Shown here piece by piece: positions 1 through 11,239 of a DNA stretch of 64,000 bases. The translations under genes and the position numbers were made by a program. Source of the stretch: Nemertoderma westbladi (Eukaryota; Animalia; Xenacoelomorpha). Positions within the stretch are counted from its first letter, which is position 1, and every line of letters starts with the position of its first letter. The notes beneath the pieces were generated by a model, which worked only from the letters and a program-made list of their open reading frames with translations, did no database searches and had not been told where the DNA came from. Location of the stretch: NCBI GenBank assembly GCA_032718475.1, contig JAUCBJ010008130.1, forward strand, positions 53,636 through 117,635, given 5' to 3'.

Positions 1-165
1 AACCTGTGGTGGAAATGATTTAGTGGAAAGTTTATAGTCCTTTTGATTCGTGTGCCTATTCGAGGAATATCCAGTAAGCAACCGAGGGTGGACTCTCTAT
101 AGCCGAGGGGCACTTGTATAATAACTAATAATCACAAACCCCGTCCTCTTATAATATATAACTCT

Positions 166-233
166 GTAGTAGTCAGTAGTAGTAGTAGTAATAGTAGTAG
201 TAGTAGTAGTAGTAGAAGTAGTAAGTAATAGTA
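166..233 (+). repeat. Imperfect (TAG)n microsatellite in the 5' leader of element A
   Basis: gtagtagtcagtagtagtagtagtaatagtagtag... read directly. Confidence 0.8.
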
Positions 234-635
234 AAGGAGATCGGTTTAAACCAAAGTGATAAAGTAACATTATTATATAACATAATCATATAGACAAAGT
301 AGAATAAGATACAGATTCATAATTATTTTATCAAACTCATGTACTACTTACTTCAATGTGCCAATTGTAATAATAATTAAACATATTATTCAGATTAATC
401 TGCGTTTGGCCCTATAAGATATTATACTGACGTATTTTATATTATTATATCCATCCGAGTAAACAAGAAGTGAAGTAAATGTTTATTATTATAGTTTTAG
501 AAATTGAATGATATACCCAAGATAGTGAAATAGATAATATACCAGAAATTGCGAGTGAACCCAAAAGTGAAAACTATCTCGTTGAAAACGACAACGTGTA
601 GCCGAATTAACGAACTTGAATAGATTTGATCTCCA

Positions 636-3600
636 ATGGCTAGCGCCAACCGAACGCCATCAACGAACCATCCATCAGTGGAAACGAGCTCAGACCTCAT
701 TGACATAAGGGATGAGCCCAGACGAGTATCAGTCGTGGATGGCAGGATCGAGTCGGGCCGAGAACTCGCCCGAACCCCGAGAACGAACCCAACACAAGCG
801 GAGGGCGCCTGGCAACCAACAACGAGCCCAGGCGGTGTGGCACGCTCAATTCCTGGGGCTGCTAGAGCAAGCATCGGCGCTCGCTTACGCACTAGCAGCT
901 TGGTGGGAACTGGGCAGGGGCCACCCACTCAACCAGAACGAGCTGTCCTCCCAACTCACGAACCTGAACCGGCCAATATTCGACACGAACCTGAAAGAAC
1001 CTCGACACAGACAACACGACCCAAAGACCCCCAGATCCAACGATCATCACGATCACAACGAAGTGCTGTTCTGATTGACCCCCAACAACCAGAGATCCTT
1101 AAACGACGATCTCAACGAGCAGAACTGACTCTGTTTGGAACTGTTGAGAACCCAACTGGTGAACTGCCGGTGGAACCGGAGCTAAGTATACTTTTAAATA
1201 AAATAACGGTCTACATAGATCATTTACGTGCGTGCGGAGAGGAACAAAGGGCTGTTGAGATTGAAGACCGGGTCAAAGCCCAGTGTCAATCTCGAGAGAC
1301 CCGTTCCAATCCAAACGTTAGGAGGGAACCCAGAGGAACCCAGAGTGAAGATCTGAGGGAGGGAGACCCGACCCCAAGCATTATCACCGAGGTGCCACGC
1401 GTTGATCCAGAGGATTCTGTGTCCCAGGTGACACCAGACTCCATCTGGGAGAACGTCCCTAGGCAGAATGATCGTGCTTCAGGGGTCGGATCTATACACT
1501 CATCCACGATCAATCGAATGAGAACGAATGCAGGGATTGAACAAGCAAGAATGGAGCTAGCGGATGGCATGAGAGAACAAGAGCGTGAGTTAGAGAGAGA
1601 AAATAAAAGGAGAGTAAGTGAACGTGAACTGGAAAGAATAGAAAAAGAGGAACGTGAGGAACGTGAGAAAAGGGAATGTGACAAAAGGGAACGAGAGAGA
1701 AGGGAACGAGTACAAAAGATAGCAGATGAGATGGAACGGGATAAAAGGGAAGGTGAGATTGAAAGGGAACGGGCAAGGGCCAAGAGGGAAATGGTTCGGC
1801 TAAATGCAGAACAGTGCATATTACGTATGGAAGAGGAGGCATCTCAACTTGGAATTTCCCAGAGGGGAAATAAAACCAAGTGTGATTCAATGAATATACT
1901 AACTACTGTAGAACCCAATAACCTAACTACTGTAGAACCCAATAACCGAGAAATTGAAAGTAACCTTCTAGCCATAGAAACACCCCGTTATCCATCACCC
2001 GTACGTAGAATATCAGCGCGTACAGTAAAGAAACCTGTTATTACATCAAAACCCGAATATTGTATTAGTAGCAGAACACCAGCAATGACAGGGGGCTTTA
2101 ATAGCACGTTAGGCAACTCTGCTTCAAAGGGCCCCAGAGGGGCTAAGAACCAAACATATAATTTGGAAAGCCCAACAAATACTGTAAATGCTGCAGTTAC
2201 CAGCTGTATACATAGAACAGGGCACCATATCGAAACCCCTGTGTCAATCATCCAGTACACTGGTGACGAAATGTCAGAACAAGCAGGCATGAATCATAAC
2301 ATTCAGACTGAGGTACCGGTATCGGATTGCAGCAGTAGGCCTAATAGACGGCTGCATTCGACCGGTCTACCGGTAACACATTCTGCGCCAGTTTGCGGTA
2401 CACCAGATTACAGCTGCAGTGATCAGCTACATGCGACTGGTCCGCCGCTATCCAATTCTATAGGCCTACCTGTACGCAGTACTCCAGACTGCACAGCATG
2501 CAGTAGGCAGAATCCCGATTATTATTATTTACCGGTATCTAGCCAGAACCATAGGCCTAATGCTAATAGTAATACTCAAATACCGGTATCTGAAAGTTTA
2601 GATAGGCATAATCTTAATGTACCGGTATCTTATGATTATAGGCCAAGTTATGTAGGCTTACCTAACAGCCTGATGCATACCGGTACTGTTAATCATACAT
2701 GTAGCCCTGCTGATGTAGGTCAAAATCAACATCAGTCTATAGACCACCCTATACCATCCGAATTTAATCAAAATATCGGTATCCAATATGAACCAAGGTA
2801 TGGTTATGGGACACCATTGAGCAGTACCGGTAACCCAAGCCATTTAAACCCCAGAGCCGAGGAATTTCTACCCGTCCCCATAGGCGAAGTAGGAATGCCA
2901 GATGGCCAATATAAATACAAAACCCGTAGCGAAGTGAGTGAAACCCCACAGCAACGGGCAGTAACCTTTTCAAATCAAATAAATAATGGACCCGGATTAT
3001 CAAAAATACCGAGTCTAGCGTACCCATCTATAGGAGCGCAAAGACAACAGAATAAAAATAATACCGCTGGCTACAATTACACAGGAGAAGCAGCCCCACG
3101 TGGACCCCCTTATGTACAAGCAGGAAGGGTCCCTCAATGTTATCAGAGCGGAGGAGAGAGTGAGTTAAGTCATATGGCGGCAATAACAGACGCCATAAAA
3201 GCCAAGCTAGAACTGCCACAGGCTAAACCGTTTACCTTCAGTGGAGAATACCCGGAAGAATATATTCAGTTTCGACAGCTATATACCACTGAAATTCTAC
3301 TGAAACATAACCTGTCAGAAGCACAGAAGATGACCTACCTGATGGTTTACACAACTGGCAAAGCAAAGGAAGTTGTTAGACAATATGCAGGCCTAACAGA
3401 TGGTTTGCGACTAGCATGGGAAGCCATTGAAAAGCGATATGGAAATCCTTCACGTATAATGCAGGCAACAATCAACAAATTGGTCACTAACAAACAAATC
3501 ACCACGACTGCCGAGTTTAGGGACTTTACAGAAAGGGTAAACAAAGCCCTGGTTGCCTTGAAGGAACTCGATATGCCGCATGAGTTGAATGGCATCCATA

Positions 3601-6600
3601 ACATGCGAAAAATAATTGAACTAATTCCCTATTGGGCGAGGAACGCATGGAGAAAGGAAGCAGCACGGACTCGCAGCCAACTGAACCGCGAACCAACCAT
3701 GAACCAACTGGCGAAATTCCTTTCAGATCAAACCGAGATACAAGATGACCCTGTATTCGCAGAGGGACTACTATCAGCTGGTATCGCTGAGCGCCGGGAC
3801 CGATCACATTCACGGGATGACTCAACCCGACAATCGAGAGCAGATTACCCGCGAAAAACAAATATGCTGGTACCAAAGAAATCATTTGAATCTAACAAAG
3901 GGATGATAAAACCTGAACGAGAGCAAGTCTACACAACAACGTCGACTAGTCCGATGAAGAGCCTACAATCGGACAAACAAGTCCGTTTCTCCAGCTACTC
4001 CCCAAAGCCACATACCCCAGATAGAGATTCCCAGGAGTTGGTATACACCCTTGCAACCTGTGATCCAAGCGCAAAGTGCTATCTACATCCAAATGCAAGG
4101 GACCATCAATTCGTGCAGTGTACCCAATGGATAAATGCCGCTGCGGATGAAAAATGGGACTATTTAAAGAAGAATGGACTGTGTAGGAGATGCTATGGGC
4201 GTGGCCACATTGGACGCGACTGTCCGCGCAACTCCAACACCAGGCCTGAACCCAGAACATATGAACGATCCAGATCATACTCACCCGGAGGAGCGAGCGG
4301 GCTGACACCCCTCACAAAGGAAACTAAAAATCTAAAACCCCATAGTAACCGAGGAGATACTGATACTACTACTGTTAACCAAAATAAAAATGAGAATCTA
4401 ACATCTAAGACAGGGGGGGATCAGACCCAACATCCTAACCCTGCCTGGATGGCGAGATACAAGGATCCCCAGGGATCTGAAGTGAGTGGAACCACTGTTA
4501 ATAAGACCCAGGCAGTGACCCACATGGCGACATGTATGTCCCTGTCAGGGATTAAAGTGTACCTCAAAATTGTACCAGTAAAAGTAATGTATAAAAATGA
4601 AAAACAAGTAACAACATATGCCTTCCTAGATGATGGTGCGACTATAAGTCTAATAAGTCGTACCCTTGCTGATACTCTGGGAATGGAGGGAACCAGAACT
4701 AAGTTAGGCCTGGCCATGGTGGGCCACCAGACAACATCAATGGGGGCCATGAGTACCAAGTGCTCCATAGGTGCTCTGGAAGGCCGAGGGACACTCATCA
4801 TTCATGATGCTGAGGTAGAAGTAATACCAGACGTTGGAGTTAACTGTACCCAACCAGATGAGGTAGAAATTGAGAGATACCAACACTTAAAGGGAATTAA
4901 CTTAACAAACTTGCACATTGACATACCCTATGTGACTGTACTGCTTGGGATGAACAATCCTGAGGCACATGAAGAACTGGAAGTTAGGAAAGGTAGCAAC
5001 CCCGGGAAGACACCATGGGGAAAGCTAACACCATTTGGGTGGTGTGTGACTGGACCACTGGAAACAACAGACTATATACACAACAAAACGAAGCGAGGTC
5101 TGGTGAATCATGTGGAAATAACTAAAGACTTAGAGACATTACTGAATAGGGACTGTGAGGGCCTTCATGACAACACATTGGGAGACTCTCCAGAGGACCG
5201 TAGGGCCTTACAGACTCTTAAGGACTCAATACAACTGATAGATGGACACTACGAGGTAGACATGTTGTGGAAGGACCCCAATGAACGGCTTGAAAACAAC
5301 TACATAATGGCGAGAAATCGTCTGAGAAAGTTAAAAGAAAAACTGAGGAAACTACCAGCAGCAGAAGAAGCCATAAACAAGGCAATATGTAAGTATATAG
5401 AAAGGGGCTGGGCAATAGAACTTCCAGAGGACATACAGGAAACTGACCGGACGTATTACTTACCGATACACACAGTGTGGGAACCAAGAAAGAACAAATA
5501 CCGAGTAGTACATGATGCTGCAGCGAAGTACCATGGAAAATCGCTAAATGATTACCTTGTTCGTGGACCCAATATATACAACACAGGACTAGACGTTCTT
5601 CTAAGATTCAGGAAGGGAATATTTGCTTTCACATGCGATGTGGAAGCAATGTTCCACCAGGTACGAGTGAACCCAAAAGACAGCAACAGCTTACGGTTCC
5701 TTTGGTATGAAGGGGAGCTAGGCTCAAAGGAACCCAAAATCTACAAAATGATTGTCCATATTTTTGGTGCTAATTCATCTCCATGTGCGACAACATACGC
5801 TTTGAGAGAGACTACAAATGGCGAGAATCCTGCAATCCAGAATCCATCAGCAGATACAGTGGAAATGATTCGAGAACATTTTTATGTTGATGACGGACAT
5901 GAGACAGGAAACTCAGAGGAGGAGTTGGTCAGGATTGCCAAGGAGGCTAAACTTTGTTTAGCGGGGGGAGGATTCAACCTGACCAAGTTTTTATCAAATT
6001 CCGAATATATTACCAACTGCATGACAGACGGGACCCAACAGGAGCCACTGAACAAACTGACCACAGAACCAGAATACAAACCAATGATAGAAGCTGATGG
6101 AGACAGTGACGAAGTTCGAGCTTTAGGGATAGTCTGGAACCGAAGAACAGATGCATTTGAGTACCATATGGCGAAAATGAAAAGAGGGAAACATACTAAA
6201 AGGGAATATCTATCCTTTGTTGCCCGGATCTATGACCCAATGGGTCTACTCTCAAGGATCACAGTTGTTGGTCGACAAATACTTAGGGAAGCCCATCTAC
6301 TGAAAGTAGGTTGGAATGATGAACTTCCCGAAGGAATAAGGAAGAAATGGGACAAATGGATGGATAGTTTACAACTACTAGATAAGATCACGATAGATCG
6401 GGCCTACTTTCCCGACGGAAACATGGAAAACTTAGAGATACATATCTTCAGTGACGCCTCAGACAAAGGCTATGGAGCAGTAGCCTATGTGGTTCAAAGA
6501 CAGAATAATAGAAGGAGGGCACGGGTTGCATATAGTAAGGCGAGACCGGCCCCATTAAAAATCGTCACAATTCCTAGGATAGAACTCATGGCAGCTTTAT

Positions 6601-8477
6601 TAGGAGTGAGAATAGGAAGACAGTTAGGAAAAGCGATTGGAAATATACAAACCTGGTATTTTTGGACTGACTCTACCACTGTTATTCATTATATCAGGAC
6701 TGACGCACGAAGATTCAAAGTCTTTGTTGCTAATCGAGTTGCAGAAATCCAAGAACTAACAGACATCAACAACTGGAACTATTGTCCAACGTCGATAAAT
6801 CCCGCAGACCAAATATCGAGAGGAATAATTGGAACACAGAAGAAGGAAGACGAAGATCTGTGGCAATATGGCCCGGAGTACCTCAAGGATGAAGGAAGAT
6901 GGCCTGAATTTCCAGGAGGTCCACAGGCTCTACTGGAAGGAGTCAAAGGGGATGACCCGGAATTACGAAGGGAAGTAGTTATGTCAACCACTATAAGAGA
7001 CAAACCAACAATGACAGAGCGAATACTCCACCATGATCGCTCATGGTATGACACTAAACGGCGTGTAGCGCGATGGAGGATGTGGATGGCTTGGATACGA
7101 ACACGGAAAAGTGGAGGGCCCCGACCAGAACTACATGTGGAAAATGCAGGGATGGCTATCATAAAGTACATTCAACAGGAGGGCTTCCCAGATGAAGTGG
7201 AGAAACTAGTGGTTGGAAAACCTATCCCGAAAGACAGCAACCTGAGACCATTGAGCCCCATTATGAAGGACGGAGTAATCTGTATGGGCTCCCGGCTGGG
7301 GAATGCCCCAGGAGGGATTGTCCCTGAGTGCCCCATATTGATCCCGAAAGACTCAGTTATCGTGGATAAGATTATACACGATTCCCATGAAGCCTCACAA
7401 CATGGAGGTGTGGAAGCAACACTCACGAGGATACGGAGGAAATTCTGGATTCCAGCAGTCAGGAGAAGAGTGAAGGGCTGGGTGGAGAAGTGTGTTACCT
7501 GTCGCACCATTCGTCGACAGAGGGTGGAGCAGGTGATGGCACCTTTACCTGCGGAGCGGATAACACCCTATGAGCCACCATTCACAAATTGTGGTGTTGA
7601 CCTCTTTGGTCCTATTAATGTCAAAGTGGGCCGACGATACGAGAAACGATGGGGTTCCATATTCGTGTGTTACGCCTCAAGGGCTGTTGCCCTGGAATTA
7701 GTTAAAGATGCGAGCGCGAACTCATTTATTAATGCACTCAGAAGATTCATTACAAGGTGTGGAGCAGTGCGAAGGATTAGCTCTGATAATGGGTCGAATT
7801 TCATTGGAGCTAATCGAGAACTTCAAGATCTATACCGGATTGCGCAAGCACCTGCTATTGAAGAACATGCGAGGAAACAAGGTGTCAAGTGGAAATTCCA
7901 TACCCCTTATGCCCCCCATTCTTCAGGAGTCTGGGAAAGACTTGTAGGAAGTGCTGAGCGGCTCTTAGAGGCAAGCACCCGAAATCGATGCCTTGATGAG
8001 GACGCATTCCGCACAGTGTTAGCAGAAACAGAAGCAACAATGAATGCGCGTCCGCTATGTGCGTTAAATGATGACCCGAATTCTTACGAGGTTTTGACAC
8101 CAAACCATCTACTATTGAGGAGACCAGTCCAGGTTTTGAGTAAAGACCTGTTCGACGAGAATGACCTATATTCCAGAAAGACATGGAAAGTAATACAAGT
8201 AGTATCAAAGATATTCTGGCGCCAATGGGTAACTGAATATTTACCAACCCTTCACAAGCGACACAAGTGGCGGGTGGAAAGGAGAGATCTGAAACCGGGA
8301 GATCTAGTCATAGTGACAGATGACACCCTAGCGAAACACGATTGGGTGATGGCTAGAGTAGTAAATTGCCTGCAGGGACCCGATGGGCACACTAGAACGG
8401 TCGAATTGAAGACAAGTGGGAAGAAACTTGTAAGACGTCCGATAAGCAAATGTTGCTTATTGGAGCAAACTGTCTAA
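636..8477 (+). CDS. Intact BEL/Pao Gag-Pol polyprotein (2613 aa)
   Basis: Coiled coil, DUF1759-like Gag, CRRCYGRGHIGRDC knuckle, protease FLDDGA, RT CDVEAMFHQ..FYVDD, Pao RNase H FSDAS..WTDS..NPAD, integrase HH-CC, GVDLFGP, SDNGSNF, GVWERL. Confidence 0.97.
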   Translation: MASANRTPSTNHPSVETSSDLIDIRDEPRRVSVVDGRIESGRELARTPRTNPTQAEGAWQPTTSPGGVARSIPGAARASIGARLRTSSLVGTGQGPPTQPERAVLPTHEPEPANIRHEPERTSTQTTRPKDPQIQRSSRSQRSAVLIDPQQPEILKRRSQRAELTLFGTVENPTGELPVEPELSILLNKITVYIDHLRACGEEQRAVEIEDRVKAQCQSRETRSNPNVRREPRGTQSEDLREGDPTPSIITEVPRVDPEDSVSQVTPDSIWENVPRQNDRASGVGSIHSSTINRMRTNAGIEQARMELADGMREQERELERENKRRVSERELERIEKEEREEREKRECDKRERERRERVQKIADEMERDKREGEIERERARAKREMVRLNAEQCILRMEEEASQLGISQRGNKTKCDSMNILTTVEPNNLTTVEPNNREIESNLLAIETPRYPSPVRRISARTVKKPVITSKPEYCISSRTPAMTGGFNSTLGNSASKGPRGAKNQTYNLESPTNTVNAAVTSCIHRTGHHIETPVSIIQYTGDEMSEQAGMNHNIQTEVPVSDCSSRPNRRLHSTGLPVTHSAPVCGTPDYSCSDQLHATGPPLSNSIGLPVRSTPDCTACSRQNPDYYYLPVSSQNHRPNANSNTQIPVSESLDRHNLNVPVSYDYRPSYVGLPNSLMHTGTVNHTCSPADVGQNQHQSIDHPIPSEFNQNIGIQYEPRYGYGTPLSSTGNPSHLNPRAEEFLPVPIGEVGMPDGQYKYKTRSEVSETPQQRAVTFSNQINNGPGLSKIPSLAYPSIGAQRQQNKNNTAGYNYTGEAAPRGPPYVQAGRVPQCYQSGGESELSHMAAITDAIKAKLELPQAKPFTFSGEYPEEYIQFRQLYTTEILLKHNLSEAQKMTYLMVYTTGKAKEVVRQYAGLTDGLRLAWEAIEKRYGNPSRIMQATINKLVTNKQITTTAEFRDFTERVNKALVALKELDMPHELNGIHNMRKIIELIPYWARNAWRKEAARTRSQLNREPTMNQLAKFLSDQTEIQDDPVFAEGLLSAGIAERRDRSHSRDDSTRQSRADYPRKTNMLVPKKSFESNKGMIKPEREQVYTTTSTSPMKSLQSDKQVRFSSYSPKPHTPDRDSQELVYTLATCDPSAKCYLHPNARDHQFVQCTQWINAAADEKWDYLKKNGLCRRCYGRGHIGRDCPRNSNTRPEPRTYERSRSYSPGGASGLTPLTKETKNLKPHSNRGDTDTTTVNQNKNENLTSKTGGDQTQHPNPAWMARYKDPQGSEVSGTTVNKTQAVTHMATCMSLSGIKVYLKIVPVKVMYKNEKQVTTYAFLDDGATISLISRTLADTLGMEGTRTKLGLAMVGHQTTSMGAMSTKCSIGALEGRGTLIIHDAEVEVIPDVGVNCTQPDEVEIERYQHLKGINLTNLHIDIPYVTVLLGMNNPEAHEELEVRKGSNPGKTPWGKLTPFGWCVTGPLETTDYIHNKTKRGLVNHVEITKDLETLLNRDCEGLHDNTLGDSPEDRRALQTLKDSIQLIDGHYEVDMLWKDPNERLENNYIMARNRLRKLKEKLRKLPAAEEAINKAICKYIERGWAIELPEDIQETDRTYYLPIHTVWEPRKNKYRVVHDAAAKYHGKSLNDYLVRGPNIYNTGLDVLLRFRKGIFAFTCDVEAMFHQVRVNPKDSNSLRFLWYEGELGSKEPKIYKMIVHIFGANSSPCATTYALRETTNGENPAIQNPSADTVEMIREHFYVDDGHETGNSEEELVRIAKEAKLCLAGGGFNLTKFLSNSEYITNCMTDGTQQEPLNKLTTEPEYKPMIEADGDSDEVRALGIVWNRRTDAFEYHMAKMKRGKHTKREYLSFVARIYDPMGLLSRITVVGRQILREAHLLKVGWNDELPEGIRKKWDKWMDSLQLLDKITIDRAYFPDGNMENLEIHIFSDASDKGYGAVAYVVQRQNNRRRARVAYSKARPAPLKIVTIPRIELMAALLGVRIGRQLGKAIGNIQTWYFWTDSTTVIHYIRTDARRFKVFVANRVAEIQELTDINNWNYCPTSINPADQISRGIIGTQKKEDEDLWQYGPEYLKDEGRWPEFPGGPQALLEGVKGDDPELRREVVMSTTIRDKPTMTERILHHDRSWYDTKRRVARWRMWMAWIRTRKSGGPRPELHVENAGMAIIKYIQQEGFPDEVEKLVVGKPIPKDSNLRPLSPIMKDGVICMGSRLGNAPGGIVPECPILIPKDSVIVDKIIHDSHEASQHGGVEATLTRIRRKFWIPAVRRRVKGWVEKCVTCRTIRRQRVEQVMAPLPAERITPYEPPFTNCGVDLFGPINVKVGRRYEKRWGSIFVCYASRAVALELVKDASANSFINALRRFITRCGAVRRISSDNGSNFIGANRELQDLYRIAQAPAIEEHARKQGVKWKFHTPYAPHSSGVWERLVGSAERLLEASTRNRCLDEDAFRTVLAETEATMNARPLCALNDDPNSYEVLTPNHLLLRRPVQVLSKDLFDENDLYSRKTWKVIQVVSKIFWRQWVTEYLPTLHKRHKWRVERRDLKPGDLVIVTDDTLAKHDWVMARVVNCLQGPDGHTRTVELKTSGKKLVRRPISKCCLLEQTV

Positions 8478-9627
8478 TTTATGCCAAAGGCATGGGGGGA
8501 GGGTCCATGTATACCTCAAATCGTACCTAAATTAAGATTCAAAATATATTATCAAATTTACAAATGAGTAGAAGAAAACTGAACTAGTACTTTAGGATAG
8601 GCAGATACCGGTATATAGGTACATTGACTGAATGGTAACCTGGGGTGAAATTTATGTTTCCGGAACATAAAATGTATGTGTGAAATGAATGAATGGTTAT
8701 ATGACGCAATACTGAACACAGCCCTAATGAACAATGAACTTGCAACTTCTCAGTTGCGGAATGAACTGAATGAATGGAACAATTGTAGTATAAAATGAAC
8801 TTAAATTATGGGAAACATAGATTTCATTAGCAGCAACCATAGAACATGAAACCAGCAAATTCCAGAACGTATAATAAAACTTTATAGTGTAACTGACCAT
8901 TTAGTCGATTATGGATATTATACGTTATTAATGATAGTACTTGATCTGGATATCTGGATATAGAAGAATTATCATATATAACTAGCTTATTAGAATTAAT
9001 CTCAGAGGAGCCGTAATGAGGACTGTGATGTGTAAAGGATGCGGTGGCGAAGTGGTACCACGGGGAGAAACATTTAAAACTTGGCTTATGAACTGTCTTG
9101 TCTCAGGGTACGAAATGGAGGAACGCGAAAGTATCGTGACCGCGAATTCTGATAGAAGAGAAGGATTCCCCACCGCAGGAGACCCCATGGGGGGAGTGAC
9201 CATGGTAGCAGCGACTAGTGGTGACCGTGGATGGAGCGTTTATGTTCGATTGTTATTACAAAAATAAACGAGGGACCCCATAATCATGAAAGGGAAATAC
9301 ATTATTTGATATGCTCTAACCATATATATATATAATTGAATGGCACTACTTTTGCAATATGTACCTAGGATGAACTAACTAGCGATTTATCTTGAAGCTT
9401 TATTGAACTACGAAATATTTCGTATATCGGTAATTTAAAAGGACTTGATTGAATTGTAATTAATTTATAGAGGGAAATAGGAAACCACTCATGGTTTGGC
9501 AAGCCATGAGCGTGTAATGTTGCCAGGGGGCCTACATCGCGGAATGACAGTTGATATATATCGTTTTCGGACTCAAACTTTTTAATATAGTCGTGATTTC
9601 CTCGAGAAACCATTTATAGTGGTTTCT

Positions 9628-9635
9628 GGGGGGAG
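9628..9635 (+). promoter_or_regulatory. Polypurine tract of element A
   Basis: GGGGGGAG followed by TT and TGTT, the usual BEL PPT-LTR junction. Confidence 0.7.
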
Positions 9636-9637
9636 TT

Positions 9638-10845
9638 TGTTCCCGACTATAGTCAGTATTTCATCGTACAGTATGGCCCAAAATTCTTATCACCTGTTAT
9701 TGCCGTAGAAATTCCATTTTATTGAGAGAGAATGTCATGACGTCATAACATGACGTCACAAAAGTAAAAGTATAGTGTATCTTGCATGAAGGCTTGCTCG
9801 CCTCATGTTCACGAGAGAATTATCATATCCTATAATGAGTGAGTGAATATTAGAACCATTTAAAGTGAAAGGACACATTGAGTGAGAGGCAACAATGGAA
9901 GTGTAAGGCATCCTCTGGGATTTACCCTCACCTGTGTATATTGGTGTATAACGTATTATATTTTGGCCCCATTTTCTATGGCCTATTGTTGTTTGGTAAA
10001 CCAATCCCAGATGGCTTTCCTTCCATTCATATATGACAAGAGCAGGATGATATTAGATTCATTCTGTCGATATAACTTTGTAGAAACGTTACATAGTTTT
10101 CACCGTTCGTTCGTACTTTCGTTCTTTCGTTCGTTCTGACCTATTGGTCACTGAACTTAACTATTATTGTTCTAATTGAACTGAACGTACAGTGCATTTG
10201 TACTGTACGTGTTATAAGTCATTTGTTGAAGGAAGGAAGCGTCATCATGTGATTGTGCACTGGTGCCGTTTATACATATTGAACATTAAAGTAACTAGGA
10301 CTTGAACTGAGTTTTCTAGACGAATGAGACGGACGCGTAGAAACGACGTTCTTAGAGGGAAAGAATATCGACGGAACAAAGTGAAAACTATGTAACGTTT
10401 CTACAAAGTTATATCGACAGAATGAATCTAATGTCATCCTGCTCTCGTCATATATGAATGGAAGGAAAGCCATCTGGGATTGGTTTACCAAACAACAATA
10501 GGCCATAGAAAATGGGGCCAAAATATAATACGTTATACACCAATATACATAGGTGAGGGTAAATCCCAGAGGATGCCTTACACTTCCATTGTTGCCTCTC
10601 ACTCAATGTGTCCTTTCACTTTAAATGGTTCTAATATTCACTCACTCATTATAGGGTATGATAATTCTCTCGTGAACATGAGGCGAGCAAGCCTTCATGC
10701 AAGATACACTATACTTTTACTTTGTGACGTCATGTTATGACGTCATGACATTCTCACTCAATAAAATGGAATTTCTACGGCAATAACAGGTGATAAGAAT
10801 TTTGGGCCATACTGTACGATGAAATACTGACTATAGTCGGGAACA
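9638..10845 (+). repeat. Putative 3' LTR of A, made of ~465-bp inverted arms (9638-10103 / 10381-10845) and a 277-bp spacer
   Basis: Starts TGTTCCCGACTATAGTC and ends GACTATAGTCGGGAACA; arms differ by about 5 substitutions and 1 indel; no TSD of its own (GAGTT vs CATTT). Confidence 0.7.
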
Positions 10846-11239
10846 CATTTGATCAGATATATCAAAGCGGCGTCTTTAGTATAATACCGTAATAGTATCA
10901 ATTAACTCTGTTATACAATGTAAATATACTAAATCTATTTATAAATATATTATGAGCCCTACATTGTATATTTATCCTACAGGTAGACAATGTAGTATGT
11001 TAAAACTTGATATAATTTGGTATAATGTATAACATATTACAAATAAGACTGAGGCAGCTAAACTATATTGCAAAGAAATCAAATATCCTAAAGTAATATA
11101 CTAGACCCTCCCTCCACCCTATAAATAGTGTTCACCATCTACCCCACCCACCGCCCTTATTACTTCATAATAATGAAAGATAGTACCGGCGCTCCAGTCA
11201 CTCCGTTCCCTCCGCTGGGGGGGTTAAGTTGTAGGTTTT

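Larger units (their letters stand above)
1..10845 (+). mobile_element. BEL/Pao LTR retrotransposon A (5' LTR outside window)
   Basis: Single Gag-Pol ORF with BEL domain order, ~1.15-kb 3' UTR, GGGGGGAG PPT, then a TG...CA-bounded terminal block. Confidence 0.9.

Noticed and set aside
8494-8515. GGGGGGAGGG just after the pol stop as the PPT of A
   Set aside because: Not directly followed by a TG terminus with a matching CA end; the 9628 tract fits better, though only the 5' LTR can decide
9756-10740. Mirror-image small ORFs on both strands
   Set aside because: By-products of the inverted repeat; no protein features
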